In this document: in pieces, positions 9,686-19,493 of the stretch | Position numbering within the stretch: the first letter of the stretch is position 1 | Layout: the number at the start of each line of letters is the position of its first letter | NCBI GenBank assembly: GCA_018052565.1 | Contig: JAGPNC010000002.1 | Span: 6,648 to 70,647, forward strand | Direction of reading: 5' to 3' | Origin: Candidatus Shapirobacteria bacterium | Lineage (GTDB): Bacteria > Patescibacteriota > Microgenomatia > 0-14-0-10-38-17 | DNA: 64,000 bases | The notes under the pieces: model-generated | The model's input: the letters and a program-made list of their open reading frames with translations, nothing else | The model's database searches: none | What the model was told of the DNA's origin: nothing | Program-made: the position numbers and the translations under genes

Positions 9686-9741
9686 AATATTATCGGCAAC
9701 GGACTCAGGATAACGCATTGTACCCCTGCTTTTAGTTAATT

Positions 9742-11490
9742 GTGATGATGAAGGATTTTAAAAAAGTCATTTCTTTTGCCAAACCATATCGGTGGCAGAT
9801 TATTTTCGCGATGACGATGCTGGCGTTAGTGGTGGCGGCTGATTTAGCCCTCCCGCGGCTTATCCAAAAGTTAATTGATGAAGGAGTGGCAGTGGGTAAT
9901 TTAACGGTAGTTTGGCGACAGTCAGCCATTATTGTGGGGATTTCGTTTTTGGCGGCGATCTTTTCTTTTTTGAATACGGTTTTTTCGGTTCGGTCTTCCT
10001 ATTTTTTTGGTCGCGATCTTCGCTTGGCCCTTTTTAAAAAAGCTCAAAAACTTTCTTTTGCCAACTTTGATAATTGGGACTTATCAAAAATTTTGGTGCG
10101 TTTAACGGCTGATGTGGAAAGCCTACAGCAGACGCTGCGAATGACGATGAGGATTATTCTCCGTTCTCCCTTGATGGTGGTGGGGAGCAGCATTATGCTT
10201 TTGGGGACGAGTTTGGAGCTTTCTCTAATTGTTCTTTTCTTGTTGCCCGTTTTGGGAATTTTAATAGGAGTTTTTCTTTTTAAAGTTCGTCCCCTTTTTC
10301 GACAAGTTCAAAAAAAGTTAGAAGCCTTAAACCGGGTTTTGGTGGAGAATCTTAACGGGGCGCGGGTGGTGAAAGCTTTTGGCGGGGAAAAACGAGAAAT
10401 TAGCCGGTTTTTCCTTGCCAATCAAGATTTTGCCCGGCAAAATATTCAGGTAATGCAAATTTTCGCCATTTTAGCCCCCACTCTTTTATTGGTAATTAAT
10501 TTTGGAGGAATGGCGGTGGTTTGGTTGGGCGGCCAAAAAGTAATTGCTGGTGTTTTTAGCTCTGGCCAATTGGTGGCTTTTCTTAATTATCTTTTTTTGA
10601 CTATTTTCCCTTTGGTAATGCTGGGGATGGTAATCGCCCGCTTAGCGGCGGCGCGAGTTTCTGCCCAAAGAGTAGGAGAAATTTTCTCTCTTTCCCCCCA
10701 AGTAAAGGAGAAAAGAAATGCCCTAACTTTAGGGAAAATTAAGGGAGAAATTATTTTTGATGAGGTGGAATTTCGCTATCAGAAAGGAGCGCCGGCAGTT
10801 CTCCGTCAAGTTAACCTGAAGATTAAACCGGGGGAGAGAGTGGCGATTTTAGGCGCCACGGGGGCGGGGAAATCAACATTGATTTATCTTATTCCTCGTT
10901 TTTATGACCCAACCGCGGGAAGAGTTTTAATTGATGGCGTTAATCTTCGCCGGGCTTCTCTTCCTTCTTTGCGTTCTCAAATTGGGGTTTGTTTTCAACA
11001 GCCCCTGCTTTTTTCGGGAACAGTTGAAGACAATATCAAATATGGTTCGAAAGATATTAGCGACGAGAGGATGATTGAAGCGGCCAAAATTGCCCAAATC
11101 CATCATTTTATTATGAATTTACCCCAAGGGTATCAGACGCCGGTTTTGCAAGGAGGAGCTAATTTTTCCGGTGGCCAAAAACAGCGCTTAGCTTTAGCGC
11201 GCGCCTTGGCTTTACGGCCTAAGATTTTACTTCTGGACGATGCCACGAGCGCGTTGGATGCGCAAACAGAGATAAAAGTACAGCAGAATTTGCGAAAATT
11301 AGCGCAAAGGAAAGAAAGCACCATTTTAATGGTTGCCCAGCGAGTGAGTTCGGTTTTAAGTTTTGATCGGATTGTGATTTTAGATAGCGGCGTCATTAGT
11401 GCGGTAGGTACCCATCAAGAGCTTTTAGAAAAAAGTCAAATTTACCAGGAAATTTACCAATCACAACTAGGGGAAAGTTTATTGTTGTAA
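9742..11490 (+). CDS. ABC exporter, fused permease/ATPase, subunit 1 (MsbA/MdlB-like)
   Basis: Six predicted N-terminal transmembrane helices. Walker A GATGAGKST, signature LSGGQKQRLALARAL and Walker B ILLLDDATSALD. GTG start. Confidence 0.85.
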   Translation: MMMKDFKKVISFAKPYRWQIIFAMTMLALVVAADLALPRLIQKLIDEGVAVGNLTVVWRQSAIIVGISFLAAIFSFLNTVFSVRSSYFFGRDLRLALFKKAQKLSFANFDNWDLSKILVRLTADVESLQQTLRMTMRIILRSPLMVVGSSIMLLGTSLELSLIVLFLLPVLGILIGVFLFKVRPLFRQVQKKLEALNRVLVENLNGARVVKAFGGEKREISRFFLANQDFARQNIQVMQIFAILAPTLLLVINFGGMAVVWLGGQKVIAGVFSSGQLVAFLNYLFLTIFPLVMLGMVIARLAAARVSAQRVGEIFSLSPQVKEKRNALTLGKIKGEIIFDEVEFRYQKGAPAVLRQVNLKIKPGERVAILGATGAGKSTLIYLIPRFYDPTAGRVLIDGVNLRRASLPSLRSQIGVCFQQPLLFSGTVEDNIKYGSKDISDERMIEAAKIAQIHHFIMNLPQGYQTPVLQGGANFSGGQKQRLALARALALRPKILLLDDATSALDAQTEIKVQQNLRKLAQRKESTILMVAQRVSSVLSFDRIVILDSGVISAVGTHQELLEKSQIYQEIYQSQLGESLLL

Positions 11491-11530
11491 GGAGATGACT
11501 TGTTGTTCTGAACCCGTCGAAAATAATATT

Positions 11531-11703
11531 TGTGACGGGGTAAATTATTCTAATTATTCTAATTAACCGAATTTCTAAATAAACCCCAAGCACCAAAGTT
11601 CCAAATAGATTTATTTTTTATTTTTATTTAAGTAATTTTGGGAGTTGGGATTTGGAATTTCTCTAGGTCAATTAGAACAATTAGAGCAATTAGAATAATT
11701 TTT
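11531..11703 (+). repeat. palindromic MITE-like element of about 170 bp, copy B
   Basis: Near-identical to copy C. It sits between the two ABC exporter genes. Confidence 0.8.
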
Positions 11704-11765
11704 AACTTTAAAGCGATAGATTTGTGGTGCTAAATTTTCAAATGCTGATTTTCTTATAGCAGCTT

Positions 11766-13517
11766 ATGGCAATCAATAATAGCCTTTACCGGTTGAGCGT
11801 GGGGAAAAGATTACTTGCTTACTTTAAGCCTTTTTGGCCAAAACTAATTCTCGTGGGCTTATTCATTCTTTTGGGAATTGCCTTTAGCCTTTTGGAGCCT
11901 TACTTCTTGGGGAAAATTATTGATGACAAACTCTTGGTTGGAGATTGGCAGGGAGCCAAGAAAATGATTTTTATTTTAGGAGGGATTTATGTGGGGGGCT
12001 GGCTAGTGTTTGTCCTGCGCGAAAGGTTAATGGCTAAAATTTCCCAAAAAGCCTTATTTTCCTTGCGCCAGGATCTTTTTACTCATCTCCAGGAGCTTTC
12101 GATACGGTTTTTTGACCAAAGGGCCCATGGCGACCTGATGAGTCGGCTTACTAATGATATTGAGGCCATTAATCGCGCCTTGGGGCAAAACTTGCTTCAG
12201 CTGGCGAGTAACTTTTTATCATTAATTGCTGTCTTGATTTTCATCTTTTTCATTAATTTTCCCTTGGCCTTAACGGTGGCGATTAGTTTTCCTTTTGTGG
12301 CAGGGGTAACGATTTTTGTTACTAAAAGAACGAGGAAAGGTTTTCAGGCTTTACAAAAAGAGATTGGCTCTCTTAACGGAGTGCTGGAGGAGCAAATCGG
12401 GGGGATAAGAACGGTTCAGGCTTTTTCTCAACAAGAGCGGAGCTTGACTTTATTTTCCGAAAAGAACGAGGGAGTTTGTCGACAAGGGATTTATGCCTCT
12501 ACCTTCGCCTTTCTTCTCCCCCCTTTAATTAATATCTTTGCCAATGCTGATATTGGTTTGGTGGCAGGAGTTGGGGGATGGTTGGCTCTTCAGGGGAAAG
12601 TAGGCATTGGCTTGGTGGTGGCTTTTATTAACTATTCTCGTCAAGTTTCCCAGCCGGTGCGTCAATTAGCGGATATTTATAATTCTTTTCAAGAAGCCTT
12701 AGCGGGCGCCAGGCGGGTTTTTGAAGTTATTGATTATCAACCGGAGATTGGGGACGCTCCTAATGCTCGAGAGGTTAATCTTCGCGGTAACGTTTTCTTT
12801 GATAAAGTTAGCTTCTCTTATGATAAAGAGCCGGTTTTGGAAAAAATAAGTTTTGCTATTAAGCCCGGGCAAACATTAGCTTTAGTTGGTCCAACCGGAG
12901 CGGGGAAAACAACTATTGCTAATCTTCTTTTCCGTTTTTACGAGCCAAGAGAGGGAAAAATTTTTCTTGACGATTGGGAAATTAGGAAAATTAAAATTAG
13001 TTCGTTACGACGCCAGCTAGGATTGGTATTGCAGGATCCTTTTCTTTTCTCGACTACTATTTTGGAAAATATTCGCTATGGCCGGCCGGAGGCAAAAAAG
13101 AAAGAAGTCGTTGAAGCGGCCAAAATTGCTGGCGCCCATCAGTTTATTAAGCGCTTGCCCGAAGGATACGAAACAAAACTTTCTTGGGGGGGGACGGATT
13201 TAAGTCAGGGTCAGCGCCAGCTTTTAACCATTGCCCGAGCGGTTTTGGCCAATCCGGTGATTTTGCTTTTAGATGAGGCAACAAGCAGTGTTGATACCCG
13301 CACGGAAATAGAAATCCAGAAGGCCTTAGACCGGTTGCGTCAAGGCCGGACCAGCATTATTATTGCCCATCGGCTTTCGACCATCAGAAACGCGGACCAA
13401 ATTTTGTTTATTAAAAAAGGGAGAATAAGAGAACGGGGCAATCACCAAGAGCTTTTGGCCAAAAAAGGCTTTTATTATCGCTTTTACCGGGCGCAGTTTG
13501 GAGGACTAAGACCATGA
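11766..13517 (+). CDS. ABC exporter, fused permease/ATPase, subunit 2 (heterodimer partner)
   Basis: Walker A GPTGAGKTT, signature LSQGQRQLLTIARAV and Walker B ILLLDEATSSVD. It is arranged in tandem with the previous gene. Confidence 0.85.
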   Translation: MAINNSLYRLSVGKRLLAYFKPFWPKLILVGLFILLGIAFSLLEPYFLGKIIDDKLLVGDWQGAKKMIFILGGIYVGGWLVFVLRERLMAKISQKALFSLRQDLFTHLQELSIRFFDQRAHGDLMSRLTNDIEAINRALGQNLLQLASNFLSLIAVLIFIFFINFPLALTVAISFPFVAGVTIFVTKRTRKGFQALQKEIGSLNGVLEEQIGGIRTVQAFSQQERSLTLFSEKNEGVCRQGIYASTFAFLLPPLINIFANADIGLVAGVGGWLALQGKVGIGLVVAFINYSRQVSQPVRQLADIYNSFQEALAGARRVFEVIDYQPEIGDAPNAREVNLRGNVFFDKVSFSYDKEPVLEKISFAIKPGQTLALVGPTGAGKTTIANLLFRFYEPREGKIFLDDWEIRKIKISSLRRQLGLVLQDPFLFSTTILENIRYGRPEAKKKEVVEAAKIAGAHQFIKRLPEGYETKLSWGGTDLSQGQRQLLTIARAVLANPVILLLDEATSSVDTRTEIEIQKALDRLRQGRTSIIIAHRLSTIRNADQILFIKKGRIRERGNHQELLAKKGFYYRFYRAQFGGLRP

Positions 13518-13585
13518 ATGGGTTCAAAGTGGTTGGCATAATTGGTCATCCCGATCCCGTCGCAAATAATATTAACAAATGGATA

Positions 13586-13742
13586 AATTATTCTAATTAT
13601 TCTAATTAACCGAATTTCTAAATAAATCCCAAGCACCAAAGTTCCAAATAGATTTATTTTTTATTTTTATTTAAGTAATTTTGGGAATTGGGATTTGTAA
13701 TTTCTTTAGGTCAATTAGAATAATTAGAGCAATTAAAATAAC
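13586..13742 (+). repeat. palindromic MITE-like element of about 170 bp, copy C
   Basis: aattattctaattattctaattaaccgaatttctaaataaatcccaagcaccaaagttccaaatagattt...ggtcaattagaataattagagcaattaaaataa. Confidence 0.8.
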
Positions 13743-13790
13743 TTTTATCTTTTTTGCGAGCAAGTTAGTTTTTGCTATACTATATTCAGC

Positions 13791-14255
13791 ATGATTTTGG
13801 GAATTGATCCGGGAGTGGCCTCAACTGGCTGGGCGGTTTTAGACAAGAATAAATTAATCGCCTCTGGGTGTATTAAAACCAGCAAAGAAGATGATTTTTC
13901 TTCCCGCTTAAGCCAAATTTATAAGGAGGTAGAGGAAATCTGTTCTCGTTGGGCAGTGGCAGACTTAGCCATTGAGGAAGTTTTTTTTGCCAAAAATGCC
14001 AAAACGGCTTTAAAAGTAGCCCAGGTAATGGGAGCGATTAAAGCGGCGGCGCAAAATAAAGGCGTGCGGGTTTTTGGCTATACCCCCTTGCAAATTAAAA
14101 TTGCCGTGGTGGGTTATGGTCGGGCAGAGAAAAAACAGGTAGAGTTAATGGTGGGGCAAACGATTAATTTAGATCAAAAGATTAACTCTAATCACGCGGT
14201 TGATGCTTTAGCGGCGGCGCTAACCCATCAGGTGATTTTTAAAAAAAATGATTAG
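13791..14255 (+). CDS. ruvC: crossover junction endodeoxyribonuclease RuvC
   Basis: N-terminal ILGIDPGVASTGWAVLD and the conserved acidic residues. It is followed by ruvA and ruvB. Confidence 0.9.
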   Translation: MILGIDPGVASTGWAVLDKNKLIASGCIKTSKEDDFSSRLSQIYKEVEEICSRWAVADLAIEEVFFAKNAKTALKVAQVMGAIKAAAQNKGVRVFGYTPLQIKIAVVGYGRAEKKQVELMVGQTINLDQKINSNHAVDALAAALTHQVIFKKND

Positions 14256-14844
14256 CGGTATTATTGGCAAGGTTACCAATTTAGAGGGACAACGGGCGGA
14301 CATCCTTTCCGGCTCGCTCATTTTTTCAGTTTTCTTGCCAAATTTAGTGGCCCAAGAAATAAAAGTGGGCGAGAAGAAAACCTTTTACACTTATCTTTCT
14401 CTAAGCGACAAAGGGGTAGAGCTTTTTGGCTTTATCAATCCCGAGGATGTGGCTACTTTTAGATTGCTTTTGACTGTTTCCGGCGTGGGCCCAAAAATGG
14501 CCTTGCGAATTTTTGATAGCCAGAAGGGCGAGAAGATTCAAGCGGCCATTGACCGTGCGGACGTGGATTTTTTTACCCAGATTAAGGGTTTGGGGAAAAA
14601 GACGGCGCAAAGAATTGTGGTTGACTTAAAAGCGGTCTTTGAGAGGAAAAAAGAGGAGGAAGAAAAAACTTTTTGGGAGAAAGAGTCTCTTCTCGCTAAT
14701 GCTCTTGCCCAATTGGGGTTTGACAAGAGAGAGGTGAAGGAAGTTTTAGTTTCTCTACCGGCGGGGCTTGGTACCGATGAAGAGAAAGTAGCTTGGGCAT
14801 TAAATTTTTTGTCAAAAAACAAGCATGGAGAGCAGACAGGATAA
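14248..14844 (+). CDS. ruvA: Holliday junction DNA helicase RuvA
   Basis: MISGIIGKV start, helix-hairpin-helix region LLLTVSGVGPKMALRI. Overlaps ruvC by 8 nt. Confidence 0.85.
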   Translation: MISGIIGKVTNLEGQRADILSGSLIFSVFLPNLVAQEIKVGEKKTFYTYLSLSDKGVELFGFINPEDVATFRLLLTVSGVGPKMALRIFDSQKGEKIQAAIDRADVDFFTQIKGLGKKTAQRIVVDLKAVFERKKEEEEKTFWEKESLLANALAQLGFDKREVKEVLVSLPAGLGTDEEKVAWALNFLSKNKHGEQTG

Positions 14845-15814
14845 TTACCATGGTTTACGGCCAAAAGCGTTGTCGGAGTTTATCGGCCAACCGAAGCTCA
14901 AAGAGCAACTGAAAATTTTTATTGATGCCGCTAAAGGGAGGCATGAGCCTTTGGACCATGTCCTTTTTTACGGCCCGCCGGGGTTAGGCAAAACCACGCT
15001 TGCCTCTCTTTTGGCAGAAGAAATGGGGACATCGTTCCACCCCACTTCGGGTCCGGTTTTAACCCGTTCTGGCGATCTGGCTTCAATCTTAACCTCTCTT
15101 GATGAGGGAGATATTCTTTTCATTGATGAAATTCACCGTTTAACCAAGCCGGTAGAGGAGACGCTTTATCCGGCGATGGAGGATTATGTTTTGGATATTG
15201 TTGTTGGTAAAGGACCATCGGCGCGTACCCTCCGCCTTAAGCTTAAGAAATTTACCGTGGTGGGGGCGACAACACGGATTGGCTTAGTTTCTTCGCCAAT
15301 GCGGGAACGATTTGGTTTTGTCCACCAAATCGACTATTATGATGAGGAGAGTCTTGAGAAAATTATTTTGAATTCGGCTGGGGTTTTGGGGATAAAAATT
15401 GATCAGAAAGCGGCGCGGGAGATTGCTTTGCGTTCTCGGGGTACGCCGCGCACCGCCAATTGGCTTTTAAAAAGAGTACGCGATTTTTCTCAAATAAAAA
15501 ACAAGAATAAAATTGATTTTTTTTCTGCCAAAGAGGCTTTGGCAAAGCTGGAAGTAGACCAATTAGGGTTAACTCGGAGCGACCGCCGTCTCCTAGAGCT
15601 TGTTATCACCCAATATGGCGGCGGCCCGGTAGGTTTAGAAAATTTGGCCGCTGCCTTGGCGGAAGATGTTAGGACGATTACTGATTTTTATGAGCCATAT
15701 CTGATGAAGCTTGGTTTTTTGGAAAGAACACCGCGGGGAAGGGTGGTAACCGCGGAAGCCAAAAAATATTTAAAAATTGGGGATGGCGTTTTCCAGGAAA
15801 AGCTGGTAAAGTAA
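14825..15814 (+). CDS. ruvB: Holliday junction ATP-dependent DNA helicase RuvB
   Basis: LRP..L.EFIGQ, Walker A GPPGLGKTTLA, Walker B DEIHRL, and a C-terminal winged helix. Confidence 0.9.
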   Translation: MESRQDNYHGLRPKALSEFIGQPKLKEQLKIFIDAAKGRHEPLDHVLFYGPPGLGKTTLASLLAEEMGTSFHPTSGPVLTRSGDLASILTSLDEGDILFIDEIHRLTKPVEETLYPAMEDYVLDIVVGKGPSARTLRLKLKKFTVVGATTRIGLVSSPMRERFGFVHQIDYYDEESLEKIILNSAGVLGIKIDQKAAREIALRSRGTPRTANWLLKRVRDFSQIKNKNKIDFFSAKEALAKLEVDQLGLTRSDRRLLELVITQYGGGPVGLENLAAALAEDVRTITDFYEPYLMKLGFLERTPRGRVVTAEAKKYLKIGDGVFQEKLVK

Positions 15815-15892
15815 GAAGGTTTGGTTGATAGACAATAGCTCCAAGTCGCACTTGAAAGGGAAAGTCATCCTAATAAAAATTAGAATATTATT

Positions 15893-15998
15893 TCAAATTC
15901 AAAATTCAAAATTTAAAATTTAAAATTAAAGTAAAAAGTAAAAAACTTTTTACTTTTAAATTGTAATTTTGCATTTTGACTTTTAACTTTTAACTTTT
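15893..15998. repeat. long imperfect AT-rich hairpin (AAAAGT/ACTTTT hexamer family)
   Basis: Left arm aaattcaaaatttaaaatttaaaattaaagtaaaaagtaaaaaac. Right arm tttttacttttaaattgtaattttgcattttgacttttaacttttaactttt. Confidence 0.75.
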
Positions 15999-16004
15999 AT
16001 TATC

Positions 16005-16616
16005 ATGTCCGAAATCGCCGTTGGCAAACTGGTTAAGGGGGATACTTTTTATTTTAACAACCGGCCCTTTATTGTCTTAGAGGTTCGGTCAAAGCATTTA
16101 GGCCGTGGTGGGGCAATCTATCGGGTAAAGATGCGTGACTTAAAGCAGGGGACAATTTTAACCAAAGCTTTTCGGCCTACGGAAAAATTTGAGGAAGTAG
16201 AAAGCGAAATCCTGCCGGTTAATTTTCTTTACACCGACGGGGAAGAAGCCTATTTTATTAATCCCCGGACTTTTGAGCAGGTAAGTTTAGCCTTAGAAAG
16301 GATTGGGGAAGGAGCGCCTCTGCTTAAAGAAGGCGAAAATTATCGCTTGAGGTTGGTGGATGGTGAGCCGGTGGACTTGATGATGCCGCCGAAGGCAAGA
16401 AGGCGAGTAATTGAGGCGCCTGAGGCCGTTCGTGGCAACACAGCCACCGCGGCCACTAAATGGGTAACGATTGAAGGAGGCGTTAAGATAGAAACCCCTC
16501 TTTTTATTAAAAAAAACGACGTGATTATTATTGATACCCGAACGCTGACTTACGAGGCGAAAGAAACGGGGCAGAATAGAGGAGGTGAGAATAATGAACC
16601 AAAGGAATCAAGATAA
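16005..16616 (+). CDS. efp: elongation factor P (tip residue of the modification loop is Arg)
   Basis: KHLGRGGAIYRVKMRDLK aligns with the KPGKGQAFARVKLRRL loop of EF-P. The residue at the modification tip is R. The protein has a roughly 15-aa C-terminal extension. Confidence 0.85.
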   Translation: MSEIAVGKLVKGDTFYFNNRPFIVLEVRSKHLGRGGAIYRVKMRDLKQGTILTKAFRPTEKFEEVESEILPVNFLYTDGEEAYFINPRTFEQVSLALERIGEGAPLLKEGENYRLRLVDGEPVDLMMPPKARRRVIEAPEAVRGNTATAATKWVTIEGGVKIETPLFIKKNDVIIIDTRTLTYEAKETGQNRGGENNEPKESR

Positions 16617-16938
16617 AGGAGTAAAGAAGAACATTTTGGCGGCGGTATTAGGCGCTTTGGCAGGAGGTGTGGCGGGCATTCTTTTTGCGCCAAAATCAGG
16701 CAAGGAAACGCGAGGAGATATTAAAAAAGCGGTAGAAAAAGCAACGGCAGAGATTAAGGAAAAAGCAGAAGGAGTGCGTGACCTGACAGTAGAAAAATAT
16801 CAGGCTATTGTTGATGAGGTAACGGGAGAATATCAGGAATTAAAAGATTTAAGCGCCGAGAAATTGGGCAAGATAAGAGAAAACCTCTACAAAAATTACC
16901 AGAAAGCCAAGAAAGGAAAGGTTAGGGCTTCTGCCTAA
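16594..16938 (+). CDS. YtxH-like membrane-anchored coiled-coil protein
   Basis: GGAGGTG ribosome-binding site at 16581, about 8 nt before ATG 16594. ILAAVLGALAGGVAGILFAPKSGKETRGD, then a Lys/Glu-rich helix. Confidence 0.6.
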   Translation: MNQRNQDKGVKKNILAAVLGALAGGVAGILFAPKSGKETRGDIKKAVEKATAEIKEKAEGVRDLTVEKYQAIVDEVTGEYQELKDLSAEKLGKIRENLYKNYQKAKKGKVRASA

Positions 16939-16994
16939 GAATTACACCCTTGCGATTTAGCAGATTTTGTGGTAGACTGCTAAAAGTAGCTAAA

Positions 16995-19400
16995 ATGCCT
17001 ATTTTATTAAAACCCGAAACACGAGCGGAAGGGAAAGAGATGGCTGTAGTTGCCTTACGCGACACGGTGGTTTTTCCCGACAATGAGCTTCCTATTACTT
17101 TTGGCCGGCCGGAATCCGTCAAAGCGGTTTTAGAGGCTTACCAAAAGAGTAAGGAAATTTTCTTGGCAGCCCAAAAAAATGCTCGTCTTAATAAGCCGGG
17201 CTGGAAAGGAATTTATGAAGTGGGAACAATTGCTAGACTGGAGAATGTTATCCAGGCAGAAGGAGCTGTTTATGGAATTGCCCGTGGTTTAAAAAGGGCA
17301 AAAATTGTTCAGCCTCTTACCGACACGCCATTTCTGAAAGCAGTTGTGGCCGAGTTGCCAGCGGAAAAGGCAGAAGACGAAAAAGAGTTACAAGTTTTGG
17401 GCAATCTGCTTATTAACCAATTGCGGCGGGCGCTTTCGTTGGGAAAGAGTTTTGATCCTCGTCTTTTGGAACGCTTATCGGAGAGCGATCCGCGCCAGTT
17501 GAGTTATCAATTAGCCTCTTTACTTGATTTAGAGCCTGCTCAAAAACAAGCTCTTTTGGAGGAAAATAAATTGAAGGAGAGATTGGAAAAACTCGCCGAA
17601 TATCTAGCTCGGGAAATTAAGGTTTTAGAACTGGAAAGGCAAATTGATTCCAAAACGCAGGATAGTTTTGATCGCTCAATGAGGGAGACAGTCCTGCGCC
17701 AACGGCGGGAAATGATTGACCGGGAATTAGGGAAATTAGGAGCGCAGGAGGAAGATCCGGAAATTAGAAAATTTCGGGAAAAGATTAAAAAGGCGGGAAT
17801 GCCGCCGCAGGCGCGAAGAAAAGCAGAGGAAGAACTTGATCGCTTGGCCAAAATGTCGCCGATGAATCCGGAAAGCGGCTATTTGCGCACTTATTTAGAT
17901 TGGCTTACCAGTCTTCCTTGGGAAAATAAGAAAAGCTCCAATAATGTTAGCCTCAAGAAGGCGGCAAAAATTTTAGATGAAGATCATTATGGGTTAAAAG
18001 AAGTTAAGGAGAGAATTTTAGAGTATTTGGCGGTGATGCAATTGCGCGAAAAAAATAAGGAAGAGAGCGGCAAGAAGAAAAGAACTAATTTTCCGACAAT
18101 TTTATGTTTTATCGGCCCGCCGGGGGTGGGAAAAACTTCAGTAGGTAAATCGATTGCCAGGGCCTTGGGGCGAAAATTTGTGCGAGTTTCTTTAGGCGGC
18201 GTTCGTGACGAGGCGGAGATTCGCGGTCACCGGCGCACCTATGTGGGGGCCCTGCCGGGACGGATAATCCAGGGGATGAAAGAAGCGGGCGCAAAGAATC
18301 CGGTTTTTATGTTGGATGAAATTGATAAGGTGGGAGCGGATTTTCGCGGCGATCCGGCGAGCGCTTTGCTGGAGGCGCTGGATCCCGAGCAGAATAAAGA
18401 ATTCTCCGATCATTATCTTGAGGTGCCCTATGATCTTTCCGAAGTCTTCTTCATTACCACCGGTAATGTCTTGGATAATATTTTATCTCCCTTGCGGGAT
18501 AGAATGGAAATTATCCACTTTCCGGGCTATACCGATGAAGAAAAATATTTTATTGCCAAGAAGTATCTTTGGCCAAAGCAGCTAGAGGCTAATAGCCTTG
18601 AGAAAGAAATGATCGCTATTACGCCGGCGGCTTTATATAAGATTATTCATTCTTATACCCGGGAGGCGGGAGTGCGCCAGCTTGAGAGGGAGCTGGCGCG
18701 GATTGCCAGAAAAAGGGCGCGTCAGGTGGCGGAAGGGAAAAAAGTGGCGAAAAAAATTACCTCAACCGAACTTCATTCTCTTTTGGGTCCAGCCGAATTT
18801 TCCTCTCTTGCCGCGGAAACTAAAGAAGAAGTGGGGCGGGCCACCGGGTTAGCATGGACGCAAGCGGGGGGAGAAATTTTATTTATCGAAGTAGCATTAA
18901 TGCCGGGGAAAGGGCAAATCCTCTTGACCGGTCACTTGGGAGAGGTGATGAAGGAATCCTGCCAGGCGGCCATTTCTTATGTTCGCAGTCATTGGAAAAG
19001 CCTGGGTTTAGAAAAAGATTTCAGTAAGAATTTGGATATTCATGTCCATGTACCCGAGGGGGCTGTCCCCAAGGATGGCCCGTCGGCTGGGGTAGCGATT
19101 GCTACGGCGGTCGTTTCCGCTTTAACGGGTAAGCCGGTAAGAAATGAAGTGGGCATGACAGGAGAAATTACTCTCCGGGGGAAAGTTTTAGAAATTGGCG
19201 GGGTAAAAGAAAAGGTTTTGGCCGCTCACCGCGCCGGCTTAAAAAAGGTAGTTTTGCCCAAAAGTAATAAAAAGGATCTAGAAGATATTCCGGAAAGAAT
19301 AAGGAGAGAAATGAAGTTTGTTTTTGTGGAGAATTTAGATGAAGTTTTTGGAGAGGTTTTGGTAGAGCATAAAAAAAGGCCGGAAACAAAAACAAAATAA
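16995..19400 (+). CDS. lon: ATP-dependent Lon protease
   Basis: N-terminal LON domain, AAA+ motif GPPGVGKTS, and S16 catalytic motifs [10 protein letters not shown]...K. ATG 16995 is the likely start; the ORF track extends it to 16950. Confidence 0.9.
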   Translation: MPILLKPETRAEGKEMAVVALRDTVVFPDNELPITFGRPESVKAVLEAYQKSKEIFLAAQKNARLNKPGWKGIYEVGTIARLENVIQAEGAVYGIARGLKRAKIVQPLTDTPFLKAVVAELPAEKAEDEKELQVLGNLLINQLRRALSLGKSFDPRLLERLSESDPRQLSYQLASLLDLEPAQKQALLEENKLKERLEKLAEYLAREIKVLELERQIDSKTQDSFDRSMRETVLRQRREMIDRELGKLGAQEEDPEIRKFREKIKKAGMPPQARRKAEEELDRLAKMSPMNPESGYLRTYLDWLTSLPWENKKSSNNVSLKKAAKILDEDHYGLKEVKERILEYLAVMQLREKNKEESGKKKRTNFPTILCFIGPPGVGKTSVGKSIARALGRKFVRVSLGGVRDEAEIRGHRRTYVGALPGRIIQGMKEAGAKNPVFMLDEIDKVGADFRGDPASALLEALDPEQNKEFSDHYLEVPYDLSEVFFITTGNVLDNILSPLRDRMEIIHFPGYTDEEKYFIAKKYLWPKQLEANSLEKEMIAITPAALYKIIHSYTREAGVRQLERELARIARKRARQVAEGKKVAKKITSTELHSLLGPAEFSSLAAETKEEVGRATGLAWTQAGGEILFIEVALMPGKGQILLTGHLGEVMKESCQAAISYVRSHWKSLGLEKDFSKNLDIHVHVPEGAVPKDGPSAGVAIATAVVSALTGKPVRNEVGMTGEITLRGKVLEIGGVKEKVLAAHRAGLKKVVLPKSNKKDLEDIPERIRREMKFVFVENLDEVFGEVLVEHKKRPETKTK

Positions 19401-19493
19401 GGAAAATTTGGGAAGTTAAATTAAGAATTTGCGGCTGGGACATAATTCGTCATTCCGACGAAAGTGTCATCCTGATGGCAGATTGTATTTTCT

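Noticed and set aside
14401-14864. Minus-strand ORFs (69 and 108 aa) within ruvA
   Set aside because: Antisense shadow ORFs of ruvA with no independent support.
16950-16994. Upstream extension of lon (MRFSRFCGRLLKVAK…)
   Set aside because: It begins with a non-ATG codon and is not conserved in Lon N-termini. ATG 16995 gives the canonical Lon N-terminal domain start.
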